Source: an uncultured Pseudomonadota bacterium
GTDB taxonomy: Bacteria; Pseudomonadota; Alphaproteobacteria; Rs-D84; CACZYB01
Assembly (NCBI GenBank): GCA_963541275.1
Contig: CAUTSC010000001.1
Span: forward strand, 329,879 to 393,878
DNA length: 64,000 nucleotides
Direction of reading: 5' to 3'
In this document: piece after piece, positions 1-9,069 of the stretch
Position numbering within the stretch: the stretch's first letter is position 1
Layout of the letters: each line of letters begins with the position of its first letter
Notes under the pieces: generated by a model
Databases searched by the model: none
Told to the model about the DNA's origin: nothing
Seen by the model: the letters and a program-made list of their open reading frames with translations, nothing else
Program-made: the position numbers and the translations under genes

Positions 1-558
1 TTCAACTTTTTCTGTATCTTTATTTTCTTCTGCTTTTACAACTTCTTTTTCAGGTTTTTTAGCAGCATCTTTTTTCTCAGCTTTTAACTTTTGCTCTGTT
101 GCCTTTGCTTCTTCCTCTGTTCTTGCAACATTAATTTTTATTGTTTCAATAACTTCTGGATGAAGTGCAACTTTAACAGAATAAATTCCAATTTCTCTAA
201 TAGGTGTATCAATTGTAATTTTTGAATAACTAACAACAACACCAGCAGTTTTTAATATTTCTGCAATATCTCTGCTGTTCACAGAACCATAAAGATGTCC
301 AGTATCGCCAGCTTGTCTTATTGCTATAAAGGTTTTACCTTTAATTTTTTCTGCATCTGCAGCAGCTGTGATCTTTGCTGTATTATTTGCAGTTTCAAGT
401 TCTTGTTTTTTTGTTTCAAAATATTCAAGGTTAGCTTTGTTTACGCGAAGTGCTTTTTTAAAAGGGATAAGGAAATTTCTTGCATATCCATTTTTAACAA
501 CAACTTTGTCGCCAAGATTTCCAAGCCTACCAATTTTTTCAAGTAAAATAACTTCCAT
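1..558 (-). CDS. rplI: 50S ribosomal protein L9 (gene runs off the window start; N-terminal part present)
   Basis: Minus-strand translation from the ATG at 556-558 gives MEVILLEKIGRLGNLGDKVVVKNGYARNFLIPFKKALRVNKANLEYFE..., the canonical L9 N-domain. An AGGAG Shine-Dalgarno sits upstream. A K/E-rich C-terminal tail continues past position 1. It lies directly downstream of rpsR, as in rpsF-rpsR-rplI operons. The plus-strand ORFs 295..546 and 368..589 are antisense artefacts. Confidence 0.85.
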   Translation of the reverse strand, partial: MEVILLEKIGRLGNLGDKVVVKNGYARNFLIPFKKALRVNKANLEYFETKKQELETANNTAKITAAADAEKIKGKTFIAIRQAGDTGHLYGSVNSRDIAEILKTAGVVVSYSKITIDTPIREIGIYSVKVALHPEVIETIKINVARTEEEAKATEQKLKAEKKDAAKKPEKEVVKAEENKDTEKVE

Positions 559-567
559 CATTAACTC

Positions 568-792
568 CTATTCATTGTTTGCTACATAAGGAAGAAGTGC
601 AATATATCTTGCCCTTTTAATAGCGTTTGCAAGTTGTCTTTGTCCTTTTGCCGTTGTTCCAGAAAGACGTCTTGGAATAATTTTACCTCTTTCTGTTGTA
701 AATTTACGAAGAAGTCTTGCATCCTTGTAATCAACAATTATGCCTTTTAAAGGATCAGCTTTCACTCTTATAATTTTATCTTGTCCTTGCAT
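568..792 (-). CDS. rpsR: 30S ribosomal protein S18
   Basis: The 74-aa protein [69 protein letters not shown] is a typical S18. Confidence 0.9.
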   Translation of the reverse strand: MQGQDKIIRVKADPLKGIIVDYKDARLLRKFTTERGKIIPRRLSGTTAKGQRQLANAIKRARYIALLPYVANNE

Positions 793-794
793 TT

Positions 795-1154
795 CTATTT
801 CCTTTCTTCTTTTGCGTCTCTGTAATCTTTTTGTGTCATAGCAGGAGATGACGCATCACTTTTTGCTTTTCTTTTCACTGTCATATAACGAAGCACATCT
901 TCATTTAAACCAAGTTTTCTTTCAAACTCTTTGATTGCAGGAACAGGAGCTTCCATTTCAATTAAAATGTAATGTCCTTTTCTGTTTTTTTTGATTTTAT
1001 ATGCAAGGTTTCTTAAACCCCAATTTTCTTCTTTAAATATTTTTGAACCATTGTCGGTCAAAATTTGTTTATACTCTTTTACAAAATCTGCAACTTGTTG
1101 AGTTGTAAGATCTTGCCTTAGAACACAAACTGTTTCATAAATAGCCATAATCAC
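795..1154 (-). CDS. rpsF: 30S ribosomal protein S6
   Basis: It contains ...[12 protein letters not shown]...[29 protein letters not shown]..., the S6 fold signature, with an acidic/K-rich tail. It is the first gene of the rpsF-rpsR-rplI order. Confidence 0.9.
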   Translation of the reverse strand: MIMAIYETVCVLRQDLTTQQVADFVKEYKQILTDNGSKIFKEENWGLRNLAYKIKKNRKGHYILIEMEAPVPAIKEFERKLGLNEDVLRYMTVKRKAKSDASSPAMTQKDYRDAKEERK

Positions 1155-1289
1155 TCCTTGTGGATCATCAAAGGTGTAAATTTTAAATTTTTATACTTAT
1201 AAAAATCCTTTGATACATCTGTTTTAACAATTTCAAAACAGAAAGGTAATACAAAATTATACTACCTAAACAAAAAAATCAAGTATTTT

Positions 1290-2390
1290 TTATGGTTTAT
1301 AGTTAGCAAAGATCTCTTTTAAAATATTGTTATATTTTTTTAAATCTGTGATAGTTATAAATTCATTGTCTGTATGCGCCAGTTTTTGATCCCCACATCC
1401 AAAAACAATTGTCTCTATTCCTAAATCCTGCATATAACCCGCCTCGGTTGAATAAGGAAGTGTTATAAAATCAGTTTTTACAATAGATTTTACAAAATTT
1501 GCAAACACTTTATTCTCATTATAAAAAGGAACAAGTTCTTCTTTCTCTTCTGTTATAATTGTAGAGCCAGGATATTTTTCTTGTAATTTTAAAGCTTCAT
1601 TTAAAATATGACTATTCATAGTTTCCAATATTTTTTTATCAAAAACTCTGGCTAGCCAATTTATAACAGCTTTGTCTGCTACAATATTTGCTTGCGTTCC
1701 ACCATTTATTTCACCAACACTTAATGTTGATTTATTTTCTTTTAAAATTTCAACTTCTTTTTCCAAAAAATTAACTAGATGTGATGCAATATATATCGCA
1801 TTTACGCCAAGTTCTGGAGCACTGGAATGAGCAGATTTTCCAGTGATAATAGTTTCAAACCTTTTACAACCTTTTGTTCCAACACATATATTAAAATTTG
1901 TAGGTTCACCAACAATACAAGCATTAGGTAAAATATTGTTGTTTTTGAAAAATTCTTGGATCATTGGAATCCCATTAGACAAAGTTTCTTCATCAAATGT
2001 GAAAACTAAAATCACAGGATAATTTAAAGTGTAAATTTCTGGCAGTAAATTTAAAACACAAGCTGAAAATGATTTCATATCAACTGTGCCTCGTCCATAA
2101 ACTTTATCATCTTTTATTGTTGCAGAAAAAGGGGGAGTGTTCCATTTTGTTTCATCTGCTTTTACAACATCCAAATGCCCAAACAAAACCAAACCATTAT
2201 TTATGTTTTCAAGTTTATATTTATTTGATATTGCAATTATATGGTTTTGAACCCCATCATAAACAAGCTTAAAAATAAATCCATTTTTTGCAAGTAAATC
2301 ACAAACATAATGACAACATTCTGTATGAGAAATTGTTTCTATATCTGTTTTAAAATTTATTAAATCACATAAAATATTTTTTGCAGTCAT
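1290..2390 (-). CDS. M20-family metallopeptidase (ArgE/DapE-like deacylase)
   Basis: The 366-aa protein carries HLDVV (metal-binding H), GRGTVDMKS, FDEE and a C-terminal AHTDNEF motif, which together are typical of acetylornithine deacetylase / succinyl-DAP desuccinylase. Confidence 0.7.
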   Translation of the reverse strand: MTAKNILCDLINFKTDIETISHTECCHYVCDLLAKNGFIFKLVYDGVQNHIIAISNKYKLENINNGLVLFGHLDVVKADETKWNTPPFSATIKDDKVYGRGTVDMKSFSACVLNLLPEIYTLNYPVILVFTFDEETLSNGIPMIQEFFKNNNILPNACIVGEPTNFNICVGTKGCKRFETIITGKSAHSSAPELGVNAIYIASHLVNFLEKEVEILKENKSTLSVGEINGGTQANIVADKAVINWLARVFDKKILETMNSHILNEALKLQEKYPGSTIITEEKEELVPFYNENKVFANFVKSIVKTDFITLPYSTEAGYMQDLGIETIVFGCGDQKLAHTDNEFITITDLKKYNNILKEIFANYKP

Positions 2391-2394
2391 AGTT

Positions 2395-3147
2395 TTATCC
2401 TTTTATTTTTTGTTTTTGATTTATTATAAATTTTGTCATATTTGTTATATGTGCTTTTTGTGGCAAATTCTTCATTTTTTGCTTCTTGTTTTTATGTGTA
2501 ATCATACTATACATATATCCAAAAGATTCAAGTTCATTGGTGTTTGCAAAATATAATTGCTTTTTTGCCTTTGGCTCTTTTGTATAAACAAAAGCATAAC
2601 TTTTTGCATGAAACACAGGATCAAAATATACATGACTTATGCCAAATCCCATTTGGTGAAAATTTGTATAACTTTTTGGATTATCACCATCTATATAAGA
2701 AATGAAATTTTCTATGCCAAATTTTTCTTTTACTTGTTGCATTATATGGTTAATCATATATTGAGTAATTTTATTATTTCTGTATTCTTTTTGAACCATT
2801 AAAGAACCAAGACATCCAAAATCTTTTTCATTAAGATATATATCTTTCACATTTACTTCAAAATCATGATTTTTTTTGAAACTTATTGTTCCAATTATTT
2901 GATCTTTATCAAATGCCCCAACAATAAAACCTTCATCCATATATTTTTTGAAATCTTCTTTTGAATGATCATTTATTAAAGTTTGATCTGGACCAAGTTC
3001 ATGTAAAACATTATTTTGAAGTTGATATAAACTGTCTATATCTTTTTCAGTTAATGTTTTTATTTTTATTTGTTTTGGTGAGGTAAGTTTTTCACCATTG
3101 TAATTTTTTATAAATAATTCTGTTGAATTAAAGTTTACTATTTTCAT
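2395..3147 (-). CDS. hypothetical protein, possibly GNAT-fold acyltransferase
   Basis: A 250-aa ORF with no strong motif. A central segment, GCLGSLMVQKEYRNNKITQYMINHIMQ, resembles a GNAT acetyl-CoA binding core. The assignment is weak. Confidence 0.3.
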   Translation of the reverse strand: MKIVNFNSTELFIKNYNGEKLTSPKQIKIKTLTEKDIDSLYQLQNNVLHELGPDQTLINDHSKEDFKKYMDEGFIVGAFDKDQIIGTISFKKNHDFEVNVKDIYLNEKDFGCLGSLMVQKEYRNNKITQYMINHIMQQVKEKFGIENFISYIDGDNPKSYTNFHQMGFGISHVYFDPVFHAKSYAFVYTKEPKAKKQLYFANTNELESFGYMYSMITHKNKKQKMKNLPQKAHITNMTKFIINQKQKIKG

Positions 3148-3407
3148 TTTTTTATCCTTCGTTTAATTGTTTTTTTATCTCTTACTTACAAACTTTACTA
3201 ACCAGAACCTAATCTGTTAGAGGCAAGCGAATTTTCTGTTGAGATAAAAAGAACAATTCACCGCCGGCTAAATTCGGCGGAAACTACGGATAACAAGAAT
3301 ATCAATACTAAAATCGTTCATAATAAACGAATCTATATGGAAAATAAAATTATGTCAAGCATTTTTTTACTGCGAGTACTTTCATACCCGCAATAACTTA
3401 ACAAGGT

Positions 3408-3917
3408 TTAATCTTTTTTAAAAATACCTTCAATTTTATTTATTTCTTTACAACTTCCTGTGGAAGAGGTGGTTTTTGTATTATTTATATTTATTGAGAT
3501 TGCATGTTTTTGTTCCAACACATTAAACACAACGTTGCAATCTTTTTGATTTAATCCATTAAAAGTTAATTTTATGGTATCTGGAACTGGAACATTGTTT
3601 CCCGTTGCCTTTATGCCCGGTTTAACACCAACTTTTACTTCTTGTCCATTCCAAGGACTTTTAAGGGAAATATCACCCATCTTTGTTTTAACTATGCCTG
3701 TGATATCTTGCTCTGTTGTAAAACTTCTTCCTAAATAATAATTATTTACTTTTTCAACCACATCGCCAACCAAAGTGTCTGTTTTTATTCTGTTTGTTTT
3801 TTGCACTGCTTCGGAATAAGTTTGTATGATACCAGTTCCAATAACAATTGTTATTCCAAGATAAAGCAACATTTCCATCATTGAACGACCAGAATCATTT
3901 TTATATTTTAATTTCAT
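3408..3917 (-). CDS. type IV pilin / pseudopilin-like protein (prepilin-type N-terminus)
   Basis: The N-terminus MKLKYKNDSG|RSMMEMLLYLGITIVIGTGII has Gly at -1 and Glu at +5 relative to the predicted cleavage site, followed by a hydrophobic helix. This is the prepilin peptidase signature. Two C-terminal Cys (CNVV...GSCKE) suggest a disulfide loop as in type IVa pilins. Confidence 0.6.
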   Translation of the reverse strand: MKLKYKNDSGRSMMEMLLYLGITIVIGTGIIQTYSEAVQKTNRIKTDTLVGDVVEKVNNYYLGRSFTTEQDITGIVKTKMGDISLKSPWNGQEVKVGVKPGIKATGNNVPVPDTIKLTFNGLNQKDCNVVFNVLEQKHAISININNTKTTSSTGSCKEINKIEGIFKKD

Positions 3918-3981
3918 AATTTCTCCTTTTCTTTAAAATAAGGATATTATACAATGAATTTAACTTAAAAACAAATTAAAT

Positions 3982-4848
3982 ATGACAGAATATCTAAATA
4001 ATTTTTATGATAAATTACCCCCAGTTTCATATTATATAGAAAAATATGAATTAAATGCCCTTAAATCATTGGGGCAAAATTTTATTTTAGATCTTAATAT
4101 CACAAATAAAATAGCAAAAAATTTAAATGATATTTCAAATTCTGTTATTTTGGAAATTGGGTCTGGACCTTGTGGGTTAACAAGAGCAATTTTGCATCAA
4201 AACCCTAAAAAACTTATTGCAATAGAATTTGATAAAAGGGCAATTGAAATTTTACATGAATTGCAAAAAGTTTATAAAGACAAGTTGGTTATTATAAATG
4301 CCGATGCTTTACAGGTTGATTATAATGAATTAAAACAGCAATATGCAAAACATGATAGTTTCAAAATATGTGCAAATTTGCCATATAATATTTCTATACC
4401 TTTGACTATTAAATGGTTGTATCATACTGATATAATAGATCAAATGTTGCTTATGTATCAATTAGAGGTAGGCAACCGAATTACAGCAAAGCCCGATTCC
4501 AAAGATTATGGACGTATTTCAGTGATGAGTTCACTTAATTATAATACAAATATTTTATTTAAAGTATCAAAATCTTGTTTTGTGCCTCAACCAAAAATCA
4601 CATCTTGTATAGTAAATTTTGAAAAAAAATTATCTTATCCAACAAAGGATGAATTATTAAAAATTGAAAACCTTGTCAAAATTGCTTTCTCACAAAGACG
4701 AAAAATGTTAAAAACAACATTACTGCCAGCATTCAAAAATCAAAATGAGATGGATAAAATTTTAACACTTTTAAATATTTCTGGAAAAAATCGTGCAGAA
4801 AATTTAACACCAGAACAATTTTATGAACTTTCAAAATATGTCTTGTAA
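3982..4848 (+). CDS. rsmA: 16S rRNA (adenine1518/1519-N6)-dimethyltransferase
   Basis: GQNFILDLNITNKI, the SAM motif EIGSGPCGLT, and overall KsgA length and organisation. Confidence 0.9.
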   Translation: MTEYLNNFYDKLPPVSYYIEKYELNALKSLGQNFILDLNITNKIAKNLNDISNSVILEIGSGPCGLTRAILHQNPKKLIAIEFDKRAIEILHELQKVYKDKLVIINADALQVDYNELKQQYAKHDSFKICANLPYNISIPLTIKWLYHTDIIDQMLLMYQLEVGNRITAKPDSKDYGRISVMSSLNYNTNILFKVSKSCFVPQPKITSCIVNFEKKLSYPTKDELLKIENLVKIAFSQRRKMLKTTLLPAFKNQNEMDKILTLLNISGKNRAENLTPEQFYELSKYVL

Positions 4849-4926
4849 TTAAAATATAAGTTGCAAAAAATATGATAAAATTGTATCCTTGCTTTTTATA
4901 TAAGAGAGAAAATTTTAATAAAAATT

Positions 4927-5532
4927 ATGAAAGTAAAAACATTTATAGAGGGACGCCTTGCCAATAATAACTATCTAGTTATTGATGAAGCAACAAATAA
5001 AACTATTCTTATTGATGCAACAAAACCAGATGAAAATATTGTAAAATATATAAAAGATAACAATCTTGAACTTCAATATATTTTATTAACACATGCTCAT
5101 TTTGATCATGTTATGGGTATAAATTATATTGTGGAAAATTTTAAAGTTCCTTGTTTTTTACATGAAAATGATGATCCAGTTTTACAAAACCTGCCATCTT
5201 ATATAACAATAAAAATGGGAGATATCCCAAAGGTTCAATTGTTTGATGAAGATGCGAAATTTTTTGTTGGAAATATTCCTGTTAAAATAATACATACACC
5301 AGGACATTCACCTGGCAGTTGTTGTTTTTTAATTGAAAATTATTTGTTTTCTGGTGATACAATGTTTTTTGAAACTTATGGCAGGACCGATTTACTGGGT
5401 GGAAATTATAAAGATATGAGAAATAGTTTGAAAAGATTATTAACTTTGAATGATGTCATAGCTGTATTTCCTGGTCATAATGAAACAACAACTATTGGAC
5501 ACGAAAAATTGACTTATAAAGGAATATTTTGA
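4927..5532 (+). CDS. MBL-fold metallo-hydrolase (glyoxalase II-like)
   Basis: A THAHFDH metal-binding motif, HTPGHSPG, and a later His/Asp; 201 aa. Confidence 0.75.
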   Translation: MKVKTFIEGRLANNNYLVIDEATNKTILIDATKPDENIVKYIKDNNLELQYILLTHAHFDHVMGINYIVENFKVPCFLHENDDPVLQNLPSYITIKMGDIPKVQLFDEDAKFFVGNIPVKIIHTPGHSPGSCCFLIENYLFSGDTMFFETYGRTDLLGGNYKDMRNSLKRLLTLNDVIAVFPGHNETTTIGHEKLTYKGIF

Positions 5533-5533
5533 T

Positions 5534-6955
5534 ATGTTTAAATTTATAGTTTTGATTTTGTTTTTTCTTTCTGTAAATGTTAAGGCAGAAGAAATAAAAG
5601 ATGCCAATAATATAGAGGCAGGTAAACTTGTAGCAACAACAATGAAAGCTGTTGAAAATAAAGAAAGTGAGAAAAAAGAAGAAAAACAAGAAGCAGAAAA
5701 CACAAAAGATAAAAAGGATACAATAGAATTAAAACATGAAGATTTTTTGCCTCTTGCAAAAGTATTGATTTCCAAAAAAAAATATGATGAAGCAGAAAAA
5801 ATTTTAACAATTGAACCATATAATGTTTTGGAATTGGAACTTGAAAGATTAAATTTACTGGCAGAAGTTTATAAGGGTAAAGGACAGCTTGATAAAGCAG
5901 AAGAAACCTATCGTTTTATTTTGGATTTTCAACCAAATCTTACTCCTATCAGGTTGAAACTTGCAGAAATTGCCTTTATGAAGGGAAATTTTGTAAGTGC
6001 AGATTATCATTTTAAATTGGTGCTTACAGATAAGGATGTTCCAGATACAGTAAGGCAAAATATAAATATGGTAAGATATCTTATAAGAAAAAATAAAAAT
6101 TGGAATGTTTGGGTTGATTTTGGAATTGCTCCAGATACCAATTTCAATAATACATCTTATAATAAATGTATAACTATTTTAGGGTTGGAACTTTGTAATA
6201 AAAGCGAAGAAGAGTTGGTTATAGGTTTTAACACTGCCGCTGGTTTAAACTATGAACTTAAATTTGGAAATAATTGGCAGATAAGAAATGAGTTTATAAT
6301 TCAAAAAAACACTTATAATAAGCCAGAATACAATGATTTATATCTTGCTTATAATGTTGGGCCAAAATTTGTTCATAAAAGAGGAGAAACTTTTTTATCA
6401 CTTACAACAAACAAACAATATTTTGATGGTAAACCATACAGCTATTCCATAGGTGGGCGTTTATCAAACACTTTTGATATAACAGATAAATTATCCAATT
6501 CTGTGTCAATTGCATACAGCCCAATTTATTTCAGTGAATCACCAGAACAAGATAAAAAAATCTATTCTGCAAATTATGCTTTCTCTTATAGTTTGAATGC
6601 TTCGCAATATTTAATGTTAAAAAACAGATATAATTGGAACAAACCAAATAATCCAAAATATATTGGAAATAACAGTAAAAGTTTTTCAATTGGTTTTGGT
6701 ACAAGTTTATTTTGGGGATTTTCCGCTTATATGGAACCAAGCATAACATTTACAGACTACAGCAAAGCATTTTTTTCAAAAGGAAAAAGAAAAGATATAA
6801 CTTATAAATATGATTTATCATTATCTAATAATAAAATTTCATTTTGGGGATTTACACCAAATATAGGTATTGGTTATATTTATAATACTTCTAACAGCAG
6901 TATAAAAGAATATAAAAAACCAACATTTGAATTTAGTATCAATCAAAGATTATAA
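5534..6955 (+). CDS. outer-membrane protein: N-terminal TPR-like helical region plus C-terminal beta-barrel (Slam/DUF560-like or YaiO-like architecture)
   Basis: There is a signal peptide, MFKFIVLILFFLSVNVKA. The N-terminal 180 aa or so are helical and repeat-like (TPR-like). The C-terminal 290 aa are rich in alternating aromatic/polar residues, Asn/Tyr/Gly, and end in a terminal F-x-x-x-x-x-x motif (FEFSINQRL), typical of OM barrels. Confidence 0.5.
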   Translation: MFKFIVLILFFLSVNVKAEEIKDANNIEAGKLVATTMKAVENKESEKKEEKQEAENTKDKKDTIELKHEDFLPLAKVLISKKKYDEAEKILTIEPYNVLELELERLNLLAEVYKGKGQLDKAEETYRFILDFQPNLTPIRLKLAEIAFMKGNFVSADYHFKLVLTDKDVPDTVRQNINMVRYLIRKNKNWNVWVDFGIAPDTNFNNTSYNKCITILGLELCNKSEEELVIGFNTAAGLNYELKFGNNWQIRNEFIIQKNTYNKPEYNDLYLAYNVGPKFVHKRGETFLSLTTNKQYFDGKPYSYSIGGRLSNTFDITDKLSNSVSIAYSPIYFSESPEQDKKIYSANYAFSYSLNASQYLMLKNRYNWNKPNNPKYIGNNSKSFSIGFGTSLFWGFSAYMEPSITFTDYSKAFFSKGKRKDITYKYDLSLSNNKISFWGFTPNIGIGYIYNTSNSSIKEYKKPTFEFSINQRL

Positions 6956-7011
6956 ATAAAATTTTTTTACTTGATTTAAAAATATTTTATTTATATAATC
7001 TTGAAATCTTT

Positions 7012-7088
7012 GGGTGATTAGCTCAGTTGGCTAGAGCATCTCGTTTACACCGAGGAGGTCTGGGGTTCGAGTCCCTAATCACCCACCA
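7012..7088 (+). tRNA. tRNA-Val (anticodon TAC)
   Basis: GGGTGATTAGCTCAGTTGGCTAGAGCATCTCGTTTACACCGAGGAGGTCTGGGGTTCGAGTCCCTAATCACCCACCA folds into a cloverleaf, with anticodon loop TTTACAC and an encoded CCA. Confidence 0.9.
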
Positions 7089-7294
7089 TTTAGTAAATAA
7101 AATTTATCCTTGACAAAATACTTTTTGTTTTATACTATTTTGCCAACTATCCGAGAAGTAGATTTGAGTAGGACATATCTCGTCTGATAAGAATCTCTGC
7201 CACTTATTTTTTTATTTGTGGAATATTGGAACAAACAAGGTGTTTAAACTCAAAGATACCTTGTAAAAATAAACTTTAAATTAAGGAGATAAAA

Positions 7295-7909
7295 ATGAGT
7301 TTAAGATTGAAATCAAAATATAAAATTGACAGACGATATGGTGTTAACACTTGGGGTAGACCAAAATCACCATTTAATAAAAGAAAATATAAACCTGGGC
7401 AACATGGTCCTGTATCTCGTGGCAGAAGAACCGATTATGGTATGCAGCTTGCTGCAAAACAATTATTAAGAGGTTATTATGGAACTATCACAGAAAAAAA
7501 ATTCCATGCTTATTATAAAGAAGCTATGAGAAGAAAAGGTGATACCGCAAGCAATATTATTGCACAGCTTGAATCTCGTCTTGATACAATAGTATATAGA
7601 GCAAATTTTGTGCCAACTGTTTTTGCCGCAAGACAAGTTGTAAGTCATAAACATATTTTAGTTAATGGTAAAACAGTAAATATTCCATCTTACCAAGTAA
7701 AAGTTGGTGATGTTATTACATTGAAACAAAATGCTCGTGAAATCCCTATGGTGGTTCAAGTGAGAAATAATAAAGAAAGAGAAGTGCCAGATTATATTTC
7801 AGTAAATGATAAATATGAAGCAACTTTTTTAAGAGTGCCAGCAATAGACGAAGTTCCGTATCCAGTTAAAATGGAACCAAACTTGGTTGTTGAATTTTAT
7901 TCACGATAA
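7295..7909 (+). CDS. rpsD: 30S ribosomal protein S4
   Basis: [38 protein letters not shown]... plus [35 protein letters not shown] (S4 domain). Confidence 0.95.
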   Translation: MSLRLKSKYKIDRRYGVNTWGRPKSPFNKRKYKPGQHGPVSRGRRTDYGMQLAAKQLLRGYYGTITEKKFHAYYKEAMRRKGDTASNIIAQLESRLDTIVYRANFVPTVFAARQVVSHKHILVNGKTVNIPSYQVKVGDVITLKQNAREIPMVVQVRNNKEREVPDYISVNDKYEATFLRVPAIDEVPYPVKMEPNLVVEFYSR

Positions 7910-7931
7910 TTTATTTTTTATACCTTTGCAT

Positions 7932-7967
7932 AAAACAAGGAATCTTAATAGTTCCTTGTTTTTTTAT
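7932..7967 (+). terminator. rho-independent terminator after rpsD
   Basis: A hairpin AAACAAGGAA-tcttaatag-TTCCTTGTTT followed by a T7 run. Confidence 0.6.
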
Positions 7968-8546
7968 GAAAAAATTTATTCCAAAAATTATTAATTTAGG
8001 ATTTTATAAAAGAGATCTTTTAAATATAGATTCATTCAAATATTTTTTTGTAAAAATATTCGCCAGAAACGTAGTATCTTAAATATATAATGAATAGGTG
8101 AAGTTTAATTTAAAAAATCATACAAATATTTTGTGATAACCAAAATATTTGCCAATTTTTGTTTATAAAAATTATATATAAATTTTTTTAGATAATTTTA
8201 TGAGTTTAAGAATTCTTGTTTAGTAAATAAATGGGGATATTTTTTTATATGTTATTTTAATATGTGTCATTGAAATATTTTATTTAAGCAACATATTTAA
8301 CAATTTTTGCTTGCAAAAATTATATAACAATACAGATTTTTTTCATTGTAAGATGTATTTTATTTAATCTATATGCATTCAAATATCATTATTGTAAAGA
8401 TATTTGCCAATTTTTACAAAGTAAAAATTATATAAATATAAATAAGTACATATATTTACTTTCCAATCATCCCTAGATATTTTTGCTCTTTCTATCTATA
8501 TACTCTCCCTTTTCTTCCACGTCTCAAAAAATCGCAGATTTCTGCC

Positions 8547-8626
8547 ATTTTGAAAATTTTTATAAAAAAATGTAAAAAATTTGCATTTTGTTCTTGACTT
8601 TTAAAAAATAATGATTATACTATAAT
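8547..8626 (+). repeat. about 80-nt intergenic repeat element, copy 1 (carries a consensus sigma70-like promoter)
   Basis: TTGAAAATTTTTATAAAAAAATGTAAAAAATTTGCATTTTGTTCTTGACTTTTAAAAAATAATGATTATACTATAAT. About 80 % identical to 19878..19957. Confidence 0.55.
8594..8621 (+). promoter_or_regulatory. candidate orphan sigma70 promoter (TTGACT-16 nt-TATACT)
   Basis: It has a perfect -35 TTGACT, a 16-nt spacer and a -10 TATACT within the repeat element. No ORF follows; a small hairpin, GGGTAaagtaTACCC, lies at about 8636-8650. Confidence 0.4.
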
Positions 8627-8715
8627 TAACCAAAGGGTAAAGTATACCCAAAATTTCCAGAGAATAGATTTTTTATTTGCTATGGTGCGGACGCAGCTCG
8701 TTGTTGCTATGTGAA

Positions 8716-8790
8716 TTTTATTAAATATTTCATCCCAATATTTTTCTAAAGAAAAATGTTGGCCGCAAACTTTGTTTGCAAAAAAAACTA
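8716..8790 (+). repeat. direct repeat copy A (ATTTCATCCCAATATTTTTCTAAAGAAAAATGTTGG...TTTGCAAAAA)
   Basis: It pairs with 8945..9020 (about 85 % identity). Confidence 0.5.
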
Positions 8791-8944
8791 GAGAATAGAA
8801 AAATTTTAAAAAAAAGTAAAAAAAATTACTTTCCCTCTTGAAATTTAAAAATCGGGTACATATATATAAAATACGGCAGGGGTGAAGTCTGCAAAAATCA
8901 ATGATAGGGATTTATTATTTCAAAAAATTACTAGTTTGTGTGAT

Positions 8945-9020
8945 ATGAATTTAAATATATCATTCCAATATTTTTCTAAAGAAAAATGTTGGCGAGTTTT
9001 TGCTTGCAAAAATTATACTT
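8945..9020 (+). repeat. direct repeat copy B (ATATCATTCCAATATTTTTCTAAAGAAAAATGTTGG...TTGCTTGCAAAAATT)
   Basis: It pairs with 8716..8790. Confidence 0.5.
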
Positions 9021-9069
9021 TAATTTTATCATGAATGTGGATAGAAGGGTCTGAAAGCCCTATTAAATG

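Noticed and set aside
295-589. Plus-strand ORFs 295..546 and 368..589 in the track
   Set aside because: They are antisense to a clearly recognisable rplI (L9) reading frame. The products are Cys/Phe-rich, low-complexity and AT-codon driven, with no RBS.
2069-2272. Various 60-130 aa ORFs on the opposite strand of confident genes (e.g. 2069..2272, 5440..5775, 9870..10193, 12995..13375, 13897..14349, 25033..25468, 49389..49711, 50219..50758, 55817..56140)
   Set aside because: All are embedded antisense in long ORFs with strong homology signals. Their compositions are biased (L/F/I/H-rich), typical of AT-rich antisense frames. None has an RBS or start context.
3148-3407. Possible tmRNA (ssrA) in the pilin-GNAT gap
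   Set aside because: There is no tRNA-like 3' end (GGTTCGA...CCA), no 5' GGGG acceptor partner, and no tag-peptide frame ending in a hydrophobic ...AA stop.
8716-9020. CRISPR-like array from the 8716/8945 direct repeats
   Set aside because: There are only two copies, about 230 nt apart. They are not palindromic in the way CRISPR repeats are, and there are no cas genes anywhere in the window.
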